Below the pieces are notes generated by a model, which saw nothing but the letters and a program-made list of their open reading frames with translations, was not told where the DNA came from and did no database searches. The position numbers were made by a program, and so were the translations under genes. Of a DNA stretch of 64,000 bases, positions 20,041 through 28,279 are shown piece by piece. Within the stretch, counting starts at the first letter, position 1. The number at the start of each line of letters is the position of its first letter. The stretch lies in contig CAILUD010000010.1 of NCBI GenBank assembly GCA_903837285.1, positions 73,882-137,881 on the forward strand. Reading direction: 5' to 3'. This stretch comes from an uncultured Bacteroidota bacterium (lineage in GTDB: Bacteria > Bacteroidota > Bacteroidia > Bacteroidales > GWA2-32-17).

Positions 20041-20155
20041 TTGTCATTCTGTCCGCCGCGGCGGAGTAGCATAGCGAAATGAATAATCTAGTTCGAAATA
20101 CTTACACTAGATTACCTTCGGTGAGAAAAGTACTTCGCTCCGCTCTGAATGACAA
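20041..20155. repeat. Composite GTCATTC-type repeat with about 11-bp terminal inverted repeats (MITE-like, non-coding)
   Basis: The left end is TTGTCATTCTG. The right end read on the minus strand is TTGTCATTCAGAGCGGAGCGAAGTAC. There is an internal 8-bp hairpin, TAATCTAG/CTAGATTA. Confidence 0.7.
20052..20065. repeat. GC palindrome TCCGCCGCGGCGGA
   Basis: A perfect 14-bp palindrome inserted after GTCATTCTG. The 15-mer GTCCGCCGCGGCGGA (20051-20065) is identical to 20610-20624. Confidence 0.85.
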
Positions 20156-20196
20156 TCAGTAATTTATGAATATTTTATTAAAATATTTTTTTCTAT

Positions 20197-20227
20197 TTTG
20201 GAAATTCAAATAATGATACTATATTTG
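20197..20227 (+). promoter_or_regulatory. tRNA-Val promoter (-33 TTTG, -7 TATATTTG)
   Basis: TTTG at 20197-20200, a 19-nt spacer, then TAnnTTTG at 20220-20227, 11 nt before the tRNA. It shares the 10-mer TTTGCACTCC with the tRNA-Glu promoter. Confidence 0.6.
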
Positions 20228-20238
20228 CACTCCTTTTT

Positions 20239-20313
20239 GGGAGCTTAGCTCAGCTGGTTCAGAGCACCTGGTTTACACCCAGGGGGTCACAGGTTCGAAT
20301 CCTGTAGCTCCCA
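20239..20313 (+). tRNA. tRNA-Val (anticodon TAC)
   Basis: The 75-nt cloverleaf folds by hand. Acceptor GGGAGCT/AGCTCCC, anticodon stem CCTGG/CCAGG with loop TTTACAC, T-arm ACAGG-TTCGAAT-CCTGT, discriminator A. Confidence 0.92.
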
Positions 20314-20320
20314 CAAACAA

Positions 20321-20344
20321 AAAACCTCTTTCGGAGGTTTTTTT
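20321..20344 (+). terminator. Rho-independent terminator after tRNA-Val
   Basis: AAAACCTC/GAGGTTTT stem with a 5-nt loop, running into a 7-T tract. It ends 6 nt before the GIY-YIG ATG. Confidence 0.7.
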
Positions 20345-20350
20345 ATTTAT

Positions 20351-20599
20351 ATGAAATACTTTGTTTATGTAATATACTCCTTAAATGCCCAAAGAAAATA
20401 TATAGGGCATACTGAGAATATAGAAATGCGTTTAATCCAGCATAACAATGGTTTGTTAGGTATATACACTAAGAATAAAGGACCTTGGGAGTTGATTTAT
20501 TCTGAAGAGTTAGAATCACGCAGCGAGGCAATGATAAGAGAGAAGTATTTGAAAACAGGAGTAGGAAGAGATTTTATAAAAAGTAAAACTGGTTTATAA
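20351..20599 (+). CDS. GIY-YIG nuclease-domain protein (stand-alone catalytic domain, COG2827-like)
   Basis: 82 aa. YFVYVIYS (GIY-like), KYIGHTENIEMRLIQHN (YIG plus Arg/His), and WELIYSEE...REKYLK (conserved Glu). Confidence 0.8.
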   Translation: MKYFVYVIYSLNAQRKYIGHTENIEMRLIQHNNGLLGIYTKNKGPWELIYSEELESRSEAMIREKYLKTGVGRDFIKSKTGL

Positions 20600-20600
20600 T

Positions 20601-20642
20601 GGGGTCACAGTCCGCCGCGGCGGACGAATCCTGTAGCTCCCA
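20601..20642 (+). pseudogene. tRNA-Val 3'-half remnant, interrupted in the T-loop
   Basis: Ten nt before and 21 nt after the interruption are identical to tRNA-Val positions 47-56 and 55-75. GTTC is replaced by the 16-bp palindrome. There is no 5' half. Confidence 0.75.
20610..20625. repeat. GC palindrome GTCCGCCGCGGCGGAC
   Basis: A perfect 16-bp palindrome sitting inside the tRNA remnant's T-arm. Confidence 0.85.
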
Positions 20643-20650
20643 CAAAACAA

Positions 20651-20678
20651 AAAAGCACTTCAATTGAAGTGCTTTTTT
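20651..20678 (+). terminator. Rho-independent terminator after the tRNA remnant
   Basis: GCACTTCAATTGAAGTGC is a perfect palindrome (20655-20672), flanked by AAAA and TTTTTT. Confidence 0.7.
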
Positions 20679-20701
20679 ATTCTCTCCTCCTGAAATAATT
20701 G

Positions 20702-20727
20702 GTCACACTGAGGTTCTCGAAGTGTGA
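20702..20727 (+). repeat. GTCA-NN-CTGAGG hairpin repeat, single unit
   Basis: GTCACACTGAGGTTCTCGAAGTGTGA. The core is the same as at 8146-8170, with the stem dinucleotide changed in a compensatory way (CA/TG). Confidence 0.75.
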
Positions 20728-20747
20728 ATATGGATAAATAAAACTAG

Positions 20748-22514
20748 TTATAATTTTACTTTTAATATTTCTTTTTTCCCATCTCTTAAAACTTCAACAT
20801 CAATAACCTGTCCTTTGGTTAATGTGTTTAAGCGAGTCATGTAATCGTAAATATTTGTAACAGGTAAACCATTCATTGAAGTAATAACATCGCCTTTTTT
20901 AATTCCGCCACCTTCAGCCGGACTACCTTTTTTAACGCCATCCACAGCTAAGCCATTTTCTGTTGACCCAACAACATCGGGAATAATTCCAAGAGTTACT
21001 TTATAACTGCGAACAGGGTTATCTTCTTTGCTTCCAGCTTCTTTAAATTGAAGTGGTTTGTCAAGATTTGCAATACAATTAATAAGGCTGTAAGAAAATT
21101 TTAAAATATTAGCTTCCTGATCAAAGTTTATTTTTTCTATATCATCAAAAGGAGTGTGGTAATCATCGTGTACTCCAGAGGTAAAAGCAAATACAGGTAT
21201 GTCGTTTTTGTAAAATGATGCGTGATCAGATGGACCATATCCCTCTGTTGATTTTGAGATTTTAAATGGCAAATCTTTATCGAAAAGATTTATTATGCTA
21301 TCAGTTTCAGCAGAAGTTCCAGTTCCTCCAATTGATAATTTTGGATTCTCAGTTTTCATTCTTCCTATCATGTCAAAATTAAACATTGCTTTAATTGATT
21401 TTAGCGGTACTGGTGGTTCTTTTACAAATTGTTTTGAGCCAAGTAAACCCATTTCTTCGCCACTAAAAGCGACAAAGATTAAAGTTCTTTTTAATTTGTT
21501 AGGAGAAGATGAAAATGCTTTTGCTAATTCCATTAATCCTGCAATTCCCGATGCATTATCGTCGGCTCCATTATGAACAGCAATTGTATCTGGCATTCGT
21601 GAACCAGATTCTTTTCCGCCAATTCCAAGATGATCATAATGTCCGCCAATAACAATATATTCATTTTTTAAAACAGGATCGGAACCTTCTATTTGAGTAA
21701 CTATATTGTAAGTTGTTTCTTTTACCTGAATAATATCTGTAACACCAAGTACTGTAGTTTTTAATTGTGCAGAAACTGATTTGTGTTCTTTTGAAGAGTT
21801 GGATTTTATGGTATTTAAATCAATGTTATTTTCTTTAAGAATAATCTCAGCATATGCCCATGAAATATAAAACACTGGAATTCCTGCATCGGAAACAGTT
21901 TTATCAAAAGTTCCGCTGGGAAGGTTTTTTTGTTCTGTTTTTTCATGAATTAACAATATGCCTTTTGCACCTTTATCTTTTGCGGTTAAAACCTTTGTTC
22001 TGTCTTTAGAATTACCTGAAATAGTTTTATTTCCATTGCCTGCTGGCTTGCCCTGAATAATAATTACCCATTTGTTTTTAACATCAACTGAGTCATAATC
22101 TTTCCATTTAACAGAATCCTGATTAATGTCAAAACCGTATCCGGCAAATACTGCATTACTTTCAAGCGAATCGCTTGACGAGAAAGAAGCTGGTGAATAA
22201 TTTTCGTTAATTTTTGCAGCAACACCATTTATTTTTAGAATATTCCTTTTTCCTGGTTTAATATCTGTAACAACATAAAATCGTTGAAATCCCTTATCGA
22301 AAATAGGAGTCGTTCCATATTCAGTTAATTTTAATCTTATAAAACTAGCAGTTAATGAATCTTCTGTAGTTCCGGGTTTTCTTCCTTTAAGTTCATCTGA
22401 TGCTAAATATGAAAGATTCTTCTTAATGTTATCTGCAGAGATATTAATGCTATTTTGAGCATTCAATAAAGTATTTGTAAAAAATATTATTGAAAGAATA
22501 AATATATTTCTCAT
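20748..22514 (-). CDS. M28 family aminopeptidase with PA domain and C-terminal PDZ domain
   Basis: 588 aa. Signal peptide, metal ligands (GGHYDH, GADDNASG, SGEEMGLLGS), and a C-terminal PDZ (GSPAEGGGIKKGDVITSMNG). Confidence 0.85.
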   Translation of the reverse strand: MRNIFILSIIFFTNTLLNAQNSINISADNIKKNLSYLASDELKGRKPGTTEDSLTASFIRLKLTEYGTTPIFDKGFQRFYVVTDIKPGKRNILKINGVAAKINENYSPASFSSSDSLESNAVFAGYGFDINQDSVKWKDYDSVDVKNKWVIIIQGKPAGNGNKTISGNSKDRTKVLTAKDKGAKGILLIHEKTEQKNLPSGTFDKTVSDAGIPVFYISWAYAEIILKENNIDLNTIKSNSSKEHKSVSAQLKTTVLGVTDIIQVKETTYNIVTQIEGSDPVLKNEYIVIGGHYDHLGIGGKESGSRMPDTIAVHNGADDNASGIAGLMELAKAFSSSPNKLKRTLIFVAFSGEEMGLLGSKQFVKEPPVPLKSIKAMFNFDMIGRMKTENPKLSIGGTGTSAETDSIINLFDKDLPFKISKSTEGYGPSDHASFYKNDIPVFAFTSGVHDDYHTPFDDIEKINFDQEANILKFSYSLINCIANLDKPLQFKEAGSKEDNPVRSYKVTLGIIPDVVGSTENGLAVDGVKKGSPAEGGGIKKGDVITSMNGLPVTNIYDYMTRLNTLTKGQVIDVEVLRDGKKEILKVKL

Positions 22515-22525
22515 TTTTGTGTTTT

Positions 22526-22987
22526 TTATTGTAAATTGTTAAATTCTCTAATGATATATACATCATAGTCACCTAGAAAGTTAAACCCATGTTTTTTGTA
22601 AAGCGTAATTGCTTTTTCGTTGTTTTTATGAACTTCAAGTTTAATCTGCATTTTTTTTTCTTTAGCAAAACTGATACAATCATCGCAAAGTAAGTGAGAA
22701 AGACCTTTATTCTGATATTCGGGTTTAATGCAAAAGTGATGCAAATAAATTCTTCTCATGTCATTTGTTAGCCATGCCGTACCAATAATTTTTTCGCTTT
22801 GTTTTTCAGTTAATAATTTTAATTTGCCTTCATTATTAATTGTAGCCAATATTATTTGCAGATTATCTCCTCTATGAGAACCGACAATTCCGGTTTCTAT
22901 CCATAGTTTGTTAACTTCATCAAAGTCTGAATCAATAAAGTCTCTGATTAGAAAATTTTTATGATAGTTATTTGTTTTTTCAAACAT
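22526..22987 (-). CDS. GNAT family N-acetyltransferase
   Basis: 153 aa. Acetyl-CoA motif region YQNKGLSHLL and a C-terminal AITLYKKHGF. Confidence 0.8.
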   Translation of the reverse strand: MFEKTNNYHKNFLIRDFIDSDFDEVNKLWIETGIVGSHRGDNLQIILATINNEGKLKLLTEKQSEKIIGTAWLTNDMRRIYLHHFCIKPEYQNKGLSHLLCDDCISFAKEKKMQIKLEVHKNNEKAITLYKKHGFNFLGDYDVYIIREFNNLQ

Positions 22988-23011
22988 GTACTAATGCATA
23001 TATTTGTTTTT

Positions 23012-23045
23012 TTCTATTTTTAGAAAAAAAAACGATGTTAAGTTT
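23012..23045 (-). terminator. Rho-independent terminator of the PD40/TPR gene
   Basis: A 12-bp stem, AAACGATGTTAA/TTAACATCGTTT, with a 2-nt loop. On the minus strand a 9-T run follows. Confidence 0.8.
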
Positions 23046-23076
23046 AACATCGTTTTTATTTAAATATTTAGAATGT

Positions 23077-24723
23077 TTATTCTTTTGTTAAAAGTAAATG
23101 TTTAACCATAGTGTAGGTGTCTGATTCACCTCTAGGCAATTTAAACTTTACATTAAGGTTTTTATATCCTTTTGTTTTAACAATAATCTCATATTTTTTA
23201 TCAGCAGGAAGAGTAATAAAATACTCGCCATTTTCATCTGATTCTGTAATATTTGTTTTCTCGTCAACAACATCTTTAATAATAATTGTTGCTTTCATTG
23301 GTTGATTTGTTTCACCATCAGAAACTTTTCCTTTTAATATAGAAAGCGGTGGACCTGAAATTGCTGTTGCTATATTTTCAGGAATGTTTTTATTAGATCT
23401 AAAATAATATGACATATCAACTTTGTATAAATCATATAAGCCAAAACCGTCATCGCGATTACTGGAAATATAAGCGGCCTTTCTTTCGGTGCCTAATACA
23501 AAATGAATTTCATCTCTTGTTGTGTTTAATGGATATCCAAGATTTATTGGTTCCGACCATTTTCCGTCATCACCTAAAGCAGACATAAAAATATCATAAC
23601 CACCCATTGTTTTATGTCCATTTGAACTAAAAAATAAAGTTTTACCATCTGGGTGAATATAAACTCCAATTTCATCGTACACAGTGTTAATTGGTGAGCC
23701 TAAATTAACAGGTTTACCCCATTCTTTTCCTTCTTTTTTTACATAATAAATGTCACCATGCCCAAATCCTTCTTTTTCGCGTTCGCTTACAAAAAAGATT
23801 GTATTTCCATCTGGAGTTATACAAGCAGAACTTTCAAAATAGGTTGAGTTAGTATATTTACCTTCTAATGGTTTTGTTTCGCTCCATTCGCCGGTCGGTT
23901 TTCTTGTAGAGTAATAGATGTCGCCACTTTTTGTAACATTCTCTAAATTCTTATAAATAAAAATAGTATTACCATCAGGCGAAATACTCATATTAGCATC
24001 ATGAGCATTTGTATTAATAGGTGCTCCAATATTTTTTGCTAAAGACCATTCTTTTTTAGCTTCATCATATGTTGAGATATAAATATCATCATAATAATTT
24101 TCAGAATATGGGTCAATCATACCACCTGTGTTTTCTGGTCGGCGGGAAGTGAAAATAAGTGTTTTACCATCTGCTGTAATTGATGGACAGGCATCAACAA
24201 ATTTAGTGTTAATGTTAGTTCCTAAGTTTGTGATTTTTACGTTTACCGGATTTGCCATTAAATCTTTTGCAGTTAAACATTGCTGAAGTAAAACATTTAC
24301 AAAATCGCGTTCGTTTTGCTTTGGTGAAAGTTTACTTTTATACTTGTAATAATTATCTATCGCTTTATCTAGGTCGCCCATGTATTGATAAGCTTTACCA
24401 GATAAAAAATAGGCTTCGCCTTTTATAGTGGTATCGGTTTGTGTGGCAATATTTAAATGTGATAATGCACTATCCATTTTATTTGTTTCGATATAACACT
24501 GTCCCATTCTATAGTTTAACTGAGAATTTTCAGGATAATGCCTAAAAAGCTCGCGATATATTCTCATTGCACCATTGTAGTCATCTTCGTTAAATCTCAT
24601 CCATGCCTGTGCCATTTTCATGGTCAAGTTATCTTTTTCGTCATCTTTTTGAGCGAGTGCTGGTAATACTACTGACAAACAAATTGATAGAATTAAACTA
24701 ATCGAGACAATACTCTTATTCAT
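23077..24723 (-). CDS. Periplasmic TPR plus TolB-like PD40 beta-propeller protein with a C-terminal CarboxypepD_reg-like domain
   Basis: 548 aa. Signal peptide, TPR-like N-terminus, repeated PD40 signatures (SPDGNTIFF, HPDGKTLFFSS), and a C-terminal Ig-like beta domain. Confidence 0.7.
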   Translation of the reverse strand: MNKSIVSISLILSICLSVVLPALAQKDDEKDNLTMKMAQAWMRFNEDDYNGAMRIYRELFRHYPENSQLNYRMGQCYIETNKMDSALSHLNIATQTDTTIKGEAYFLSGKAYQYMGDLDKAIDNYYKYKSKLSPKQNERDFVNVLLQQCLTAKDLMANPVNVKITNLGTNINTKFVDACPSITADGKTLIFTSRRPENTGGMIDPYSENYYDDIYISTYDEAKKEWSLAKNIGAPINTNAHDANMSISPDGNTIFIYKNLENVTKSGDIYYSTRKPTGEWSETKPLEGKYTNSTYFESSACITPDGNTIFFVSEREKEGFGHGDIYYVKKEGKEWGKPVNLGSPINTVYDEIGVYIHPDGKTLFFSSNGHKTMGGYDIFMSALGDDGKWSEPINLGYPLNTTRDEIHFVLGTERKAAYISSNRDDGFGLYDLYKVDMSYYFRSNKNIPENIATAISGPPLSILKGKVSDGETNQPMKATIIIKDVVDEKTNITESDENGEYFITLPADKKYEIIVKTKGYKNLNVKFKLPRGESDTYTMVKHLLLTKE

Positions 24724-24825
24724 AGCAAGTTAATTAATTGGATTATAATGGCAGAAAGATAGTGAAAGCGACTTTAATAATGAAATAAAATCAGAATATT
24801 TTTATAAAAGCAATGTTTTTATGGG

Positions 24826-25569
24826 TTACAATGTTTTCATGTATTTGAAAAAGAGATTCATGCCATTTATTTTTTTGTAATCAAAATGGTATTCAATATT
24901 ATTTTTAAAATAATTGCGTATAAATTCATTCGAAAGTGATGAATAATTTGGGTTAATGTTGTTTATGTTTTCGATTCCCCATTTAAGAGAGTTATTAAAT
25001 TTAGCAATAAAATTTTTATCTAGTTTTGATGAGCTAACCCAGCAGGCAAACACAAAAGGAAGGCCAGTTAAGTCATTCCATGCAGTTGCTAAATCTAATT
25101 TATATTGATAAGAATTTAAAAGCTCAAGAGCTCTATCGCCAATAATTACTCCACCTGTGTTTCCTTCAATGTTTTTTTCATATCCAGGTTCGGCTTTCAG
25201 CCAATTAAATTCTTTTTTTAAAAAATGTTTTGCCAAAATTTTAATTAATGTAACAGATGTCCTTGATTGATAATCGAGGTAAATATTTTCTAATTCTGAT
25301 ATCGGTTTTTGTGCAAATAAAAGTACAGATAAAACATTTCGGCATGCGCCAATACAATAATCTGAAACAATATTTATGTTGCTCAAATTTGCAATTGCTG
25401 CAATAGGTACAAGAATTAAATCGGCTTCATTGTTTTCGAGTTTTTTTGCACAATCTGAGGGCATTTCACGACTAAGAGTATATTCTGATGAATTTAAAAA
25501 ACCCGAATTTTCTATACCATAAATAAAAGGCAAAGTATTTAAATATGAAACTGCTGAAATTTTTACCAT
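24826..25569 (-). CDS. mqnA: Chorismate dehydratase, MqnA family (futalosine menaquinone pathway)
   Basis: 247 aa. The N-terminus KISAVSYLNTLPFIYG and overall pattern are typical of MqnA/MqnD-family proteins. Confidence 0.7.
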   Translation of the reverse strand: MVKISAVSYLNTLPFIYGIENSGFLNSSEYTLSREMPSDCAKKLENNEADLILVPIAAIANLSNINIVSDYCIGACRNVLSVLLFAQKPISELENIYLDYQSRTSVTLIKILAKHFLKKEFNWLKAEPGYEKNIEGNTGGVIIGDRALELLNSYQYKLDLATAWNDLTGLPFVFACWVSSSKLDKNFIAKFNNSLKWGIENINNINPNYSSLSNEFIRNYFKNNIEYHFDYKKINGMNLFFKYMKTL

Positions 25570-25579
25570 AAATTTAAAT

Positions 25580-26371
25580 TTATAATTCAGCGAGTTCGGT
25601 TTTTTGAATTGCTAATGTTGCACCAACTGCAGAAAAGACACTAACAAATGGCCCTAACATTGTTCCACAAAAAGGGATCATCATTGCCAGGGCAAAAATT
25701 AATCCGTTTGCAACTACAATTCCTTTATGCCTACGAATAAATTTTATACTTTGACTTATTGTTAACTTTTTTCGTTCCATAGAATAATCCATGAATGAAA
25801 ATCCATAAAAATATGCAGAAACAAATATAAGAAGAACAGTGCTTATTAAGGCAAAAAACCAACCAATAACAGGAATAAATGAAGCAAGGAAAATTAAAAT
25901 AATAATTGCAATTTCATAAAATAAATTTCTTAATGTTATGAGAATTCCTCTTACCATATCTCGCATCCATTGTTCGCCATTAAAGCTATAGGTTTTTCCT
26001 GTTGTTATTTTTTCTGTTTTTTCTGATAGATATGCAAAAATGGGCGACATAAAAATTAAAACAATATACCCACCTAAATACATGAAAATTGCGAAAAATA
26101 ATATTTCTATAGCAATCCAGACAAAACCAGTAACTGCTCCTTTTAATATGTCAGAATACCAGGTTTCGGCACCATTAAGTTGAGCTAAATCTATTAACCA
26201 TGCTTTAGCATTTGCAATTGCTATATCGCTTAGCTCGTTGCCACCCCAAAAAAGCAGAATGTTAAATAGAATTGGAAAAACTAAAGTCCACCAAAGTCCT
26301 TTTGAAAAAACAAAACCAATAGCTTGAAAGAAAGTTTTAAAACCTATGCCAAACCCCTTCCAAAAGCTCAT
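25580..26371 (-). CDS. EI24/CysZ-like integral membrane protein
   Basis: 263 aa with about 6 TM segments. The N-terminus FWKGFGIGFKTFFQAIGF..KGLWW resembles the EI24 domain family. Confidence 0.5.
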   Translation of the reverse strand: MSFWKGFGIGFKTFFQAIGFVFSKGLWWTLVFPILFNILLFWGGNELSDIAIANAKAWLIDLAQLNGAETWYSDILKGAVTGFVWIAIEILFFAIFMYLGGYIVLIFMSPIFAYLSEKTEKITTGKTYSFNGEQWMRDMVRGILITLRNLFYEIAIIILIFLASFIPVIGWFFALISTVLLIFVSAYFYGFSFMDYSMERKKLTISQSIKFIRRHKGIVVANGLIFALAMMIPFCGTMLGPFVSVFSAVGATLAIQKTELAEL

Positions 26372-26389
26372 TTTTAAATGGTTATTAAT

Positions 26390-28279
26390 TTATTTTTTTG
26401 ATCTTTGTTTTGCCATTAACTCAAGACGTTCCTGAAATTTACTTTTCTTTACAGGTTTCTTTTTGTTTTCGTTAAGCTTTGCTAAAATCGCTTCTTCGTT
26501 AACAAATTTACGAATCAAATAAATTTGAGCAAAAGTAAATAAGTTAGCTAACAGGTAATAATAACTTAAACCAGAAGCATAACTGTTAAACATAAATAAA
26601 AACATAAACGGCATTAAATACATCATTACTTTCATTCCAGGCATTGATGTACTTGCAGGATTCATTTTATTTTGCTGATATGTATAAATGATGGTACTTG
26701 CGGTCATTAACAAACAAAATAAACTTATGTGATTTCCGTAGAAGCTGGATAAAAGAGGGATATCACCAGTCCACGAGAAAATAGAATCATAAGAAGAAAG
26801 ATCGGTAGCCCAAAGGAAACTTTGTTGACGAAGCTCAATTGAAGCAGGAAAAAATCTAAACATTGCAAACAGAATTGGCATTTGCAGTAACATTGGTAAA
26901 CAACCACCAAGTGGGCTTACTCCAACCTTTTTATATAAAGCCATTGTTGCTTGCTGGCGCTCCATTGTTTTATCCTTTGGGATTTTTGCATGAATTTCGT
27001 CAATCTGTGGTTTTAATACTCTCATTTTTGCTGTTGAGAGATAAGATTTATAAGTAAGTGGTAATAAAACTAACTTAATAATTAGAGTTAGAAGTAGAAT
27101 TATAAGACCATAACTTGCAATATAGCCGCCAAGGAAATTAAAAATTGGAATTACAGCAAATTGATTTATCCAGCCAAAAATACCCCAACCAAGTGGTACA
27201 AGACTTTCTAAATCCGGAATGCCTTGTTTTTTAAGAGTAGTAAAATGGTTAGGTCCAAAATAAAATGTCATATCCTTAGACTCGCTTGCTTTAGATTCAA
27301 AAGGAATAGTGATTTCTGATTTGAAAGTTTTAAGAATTCTATCTGATTCTTTTCCGGTATATTTAGTTGTGGATACTATAGCACTTGGAAATGCATCATT
27401 TGAAACAAGCACAGCACTAAAAAATTGTTGTTTAAAAGCCACCCATTTAACTCTTGTTCTTAAATCTTCTTTTCCATCACTAGTTTCGGATAAGTAATCA
27501 ACTTCATCTTCTGCAAATTTATAATACACAGTTGTGTAATTGCTCTCGTATTTTGCACCTTTTTCTTGCTGACGAACCAAAATATCCCAATTTAAAACCA
27601 GGTCGCTTTTATTATTTAAAACTTTATCAAAACCAATAGTATTGATTTTGAATTTCATCTTATAAGAGTTTGGGTCGAGTTCATAAACGTATTCTAAATA
27701 TCTGCCTTCACCTGCATCTAAACGCATTGTAACTTTTTGAGTAGATTTATTCGCTTTTAAAATAGTATCAGATGAAATAGGAGTGAAAAATAAGTTCTGA
27801 GTAGAAATACTCTTATTCTGAGAAAAGAAATTTAAACCAAATACTGTTGAGTCACCATCAAAAAGTAAAACTGGTAATGAGTCAAATGTTTGATATTCTT
27901 TTAATTGAACAGTATATGGACGACCACCTAAAGTAGAAAACTTAACTTTAATTTTATTGTTTTCAAGTATAATGAATTTTTCTGTTCCTTCGGCTGCGCT
28001 ACTAAAACTGCCAAAAAGTTCTTCCTTCTTTTTTTCCTTTAAAGAATCGGCAGAAAGCACAGATGTTGAATCGTTTGAGCTTAAGGTTGCAACACTATTT
28101 GTAGCAGTTGATTCTTGTAATGCTTTAGATATGTTAATAGAATCATTTTTTGCTACTTCAATTGAATCGAGTTGTCTTGCAGTTTCAGCTAATTCTTTCT
28201 CTGATGGTTGATTTATTAATGCGAAAATTCCAAAAATCCCTACTATTAATAATATCCCAATTATGGTATTTTTATTCAT
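26390..28279 (-). CDS. yidC: Membrane protein insertase YidC
   Basis: Large periplasmic domain plus a C-terminal Oxa1 core (MRVLKPQIDEI..., GCLPMLLQMPILFA). The track start is a TTG at 28303. I prefer the ATG at 28279 (MNKNTIIGILL). Confidence 0.9.
   Translation of the reverse strand: MNKNTIIGILLIVGIFGIFALINQPSEKELAETARQLDSIEVAKNDSINISKALQESTATNSVATLSSNDSTSVLSADSLKEKKKEELFGSFSSAAEGTEKFIILENNKIKVKFSTLGGRPYTVQLKEYQTFDSLPVLLFDGDSTVFGLNFFSQNKSISTQNLFFTPISSDTILKANKSTQKVTMRLDAGEGRYLEYVYELDPNSYKMKFKINTIGFDKVLNNKSDLVLNWDILVRQQEKGAKYESNYTTVYYKFAEDEVDYLSETSDGKEDLRTRVKWVAFKQQFFSAVLVSNDAFPSAIVSTTKYTGKESDRILKTFKSEITIPFESKASESKDMTFYFGPNHFTTLKKQGIPDLESLVPLGWGIFGWINQFAVIPIFNFLGGYIASYGLIILLLTLIIKLVLLPLTYKSYLSTAKMRVLKPQIDEIHAKIPKDKTMERQQATMALYKKVGVSPLGGCLPMLLQMPILFAMFRFFPASIELRQQSFLWATDLSSYDSIFSWTGDIPLLSSFYGNHISLFCLLMTASTIIYTYQQNKMNPASTSMPGMKVMMYLMPFMFLFMFNSYASGLSYYYLLANLFTFAQIYLIRKFVNEEAILAKLNENKKKPVKKSKFQERLELMAKQRSKK

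Larger units (their letters stand above)
20285..20655 (+). mobile_element. Candidate mini-cassette: GIY-YIG ORF bracketed by direct repeats of the tRNA-Val 3' end
   Basis: DR-L is GGGGTCACAGGTTCGAATCCTGTAGCTCCCACAAACAAAAAA. DR-R is GGGGTCACAG[palindrome]GAATCCTGTAGCTCCCACAAAACAAAAAA. No integrase or transposase is present. Confidence 0.4.

Noticed and set aside
20080-20112. GTTCGAAAT inside a TAATCTAG/CTAGATTA hairpin, which looked like a tRNA T-arm and suggested a second tRNA or tRNA remnant
   Set aside because: The loop is 15 nt, not 7. The stem is 8 bp, and no acceptor, D or anticodon arms can be drawn around it. It is better explained as the interior of the 115-bp GTCATTC-type composite repeat.
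6964-20727. Possibility that the recurring short hairpin repeats form a CRISPR array
   Set aside because: The units differ in sequence family, are tens of kb apart or occur as inverted pairs, and lack regular repeat-spacer periodicity. No cas genes are present.
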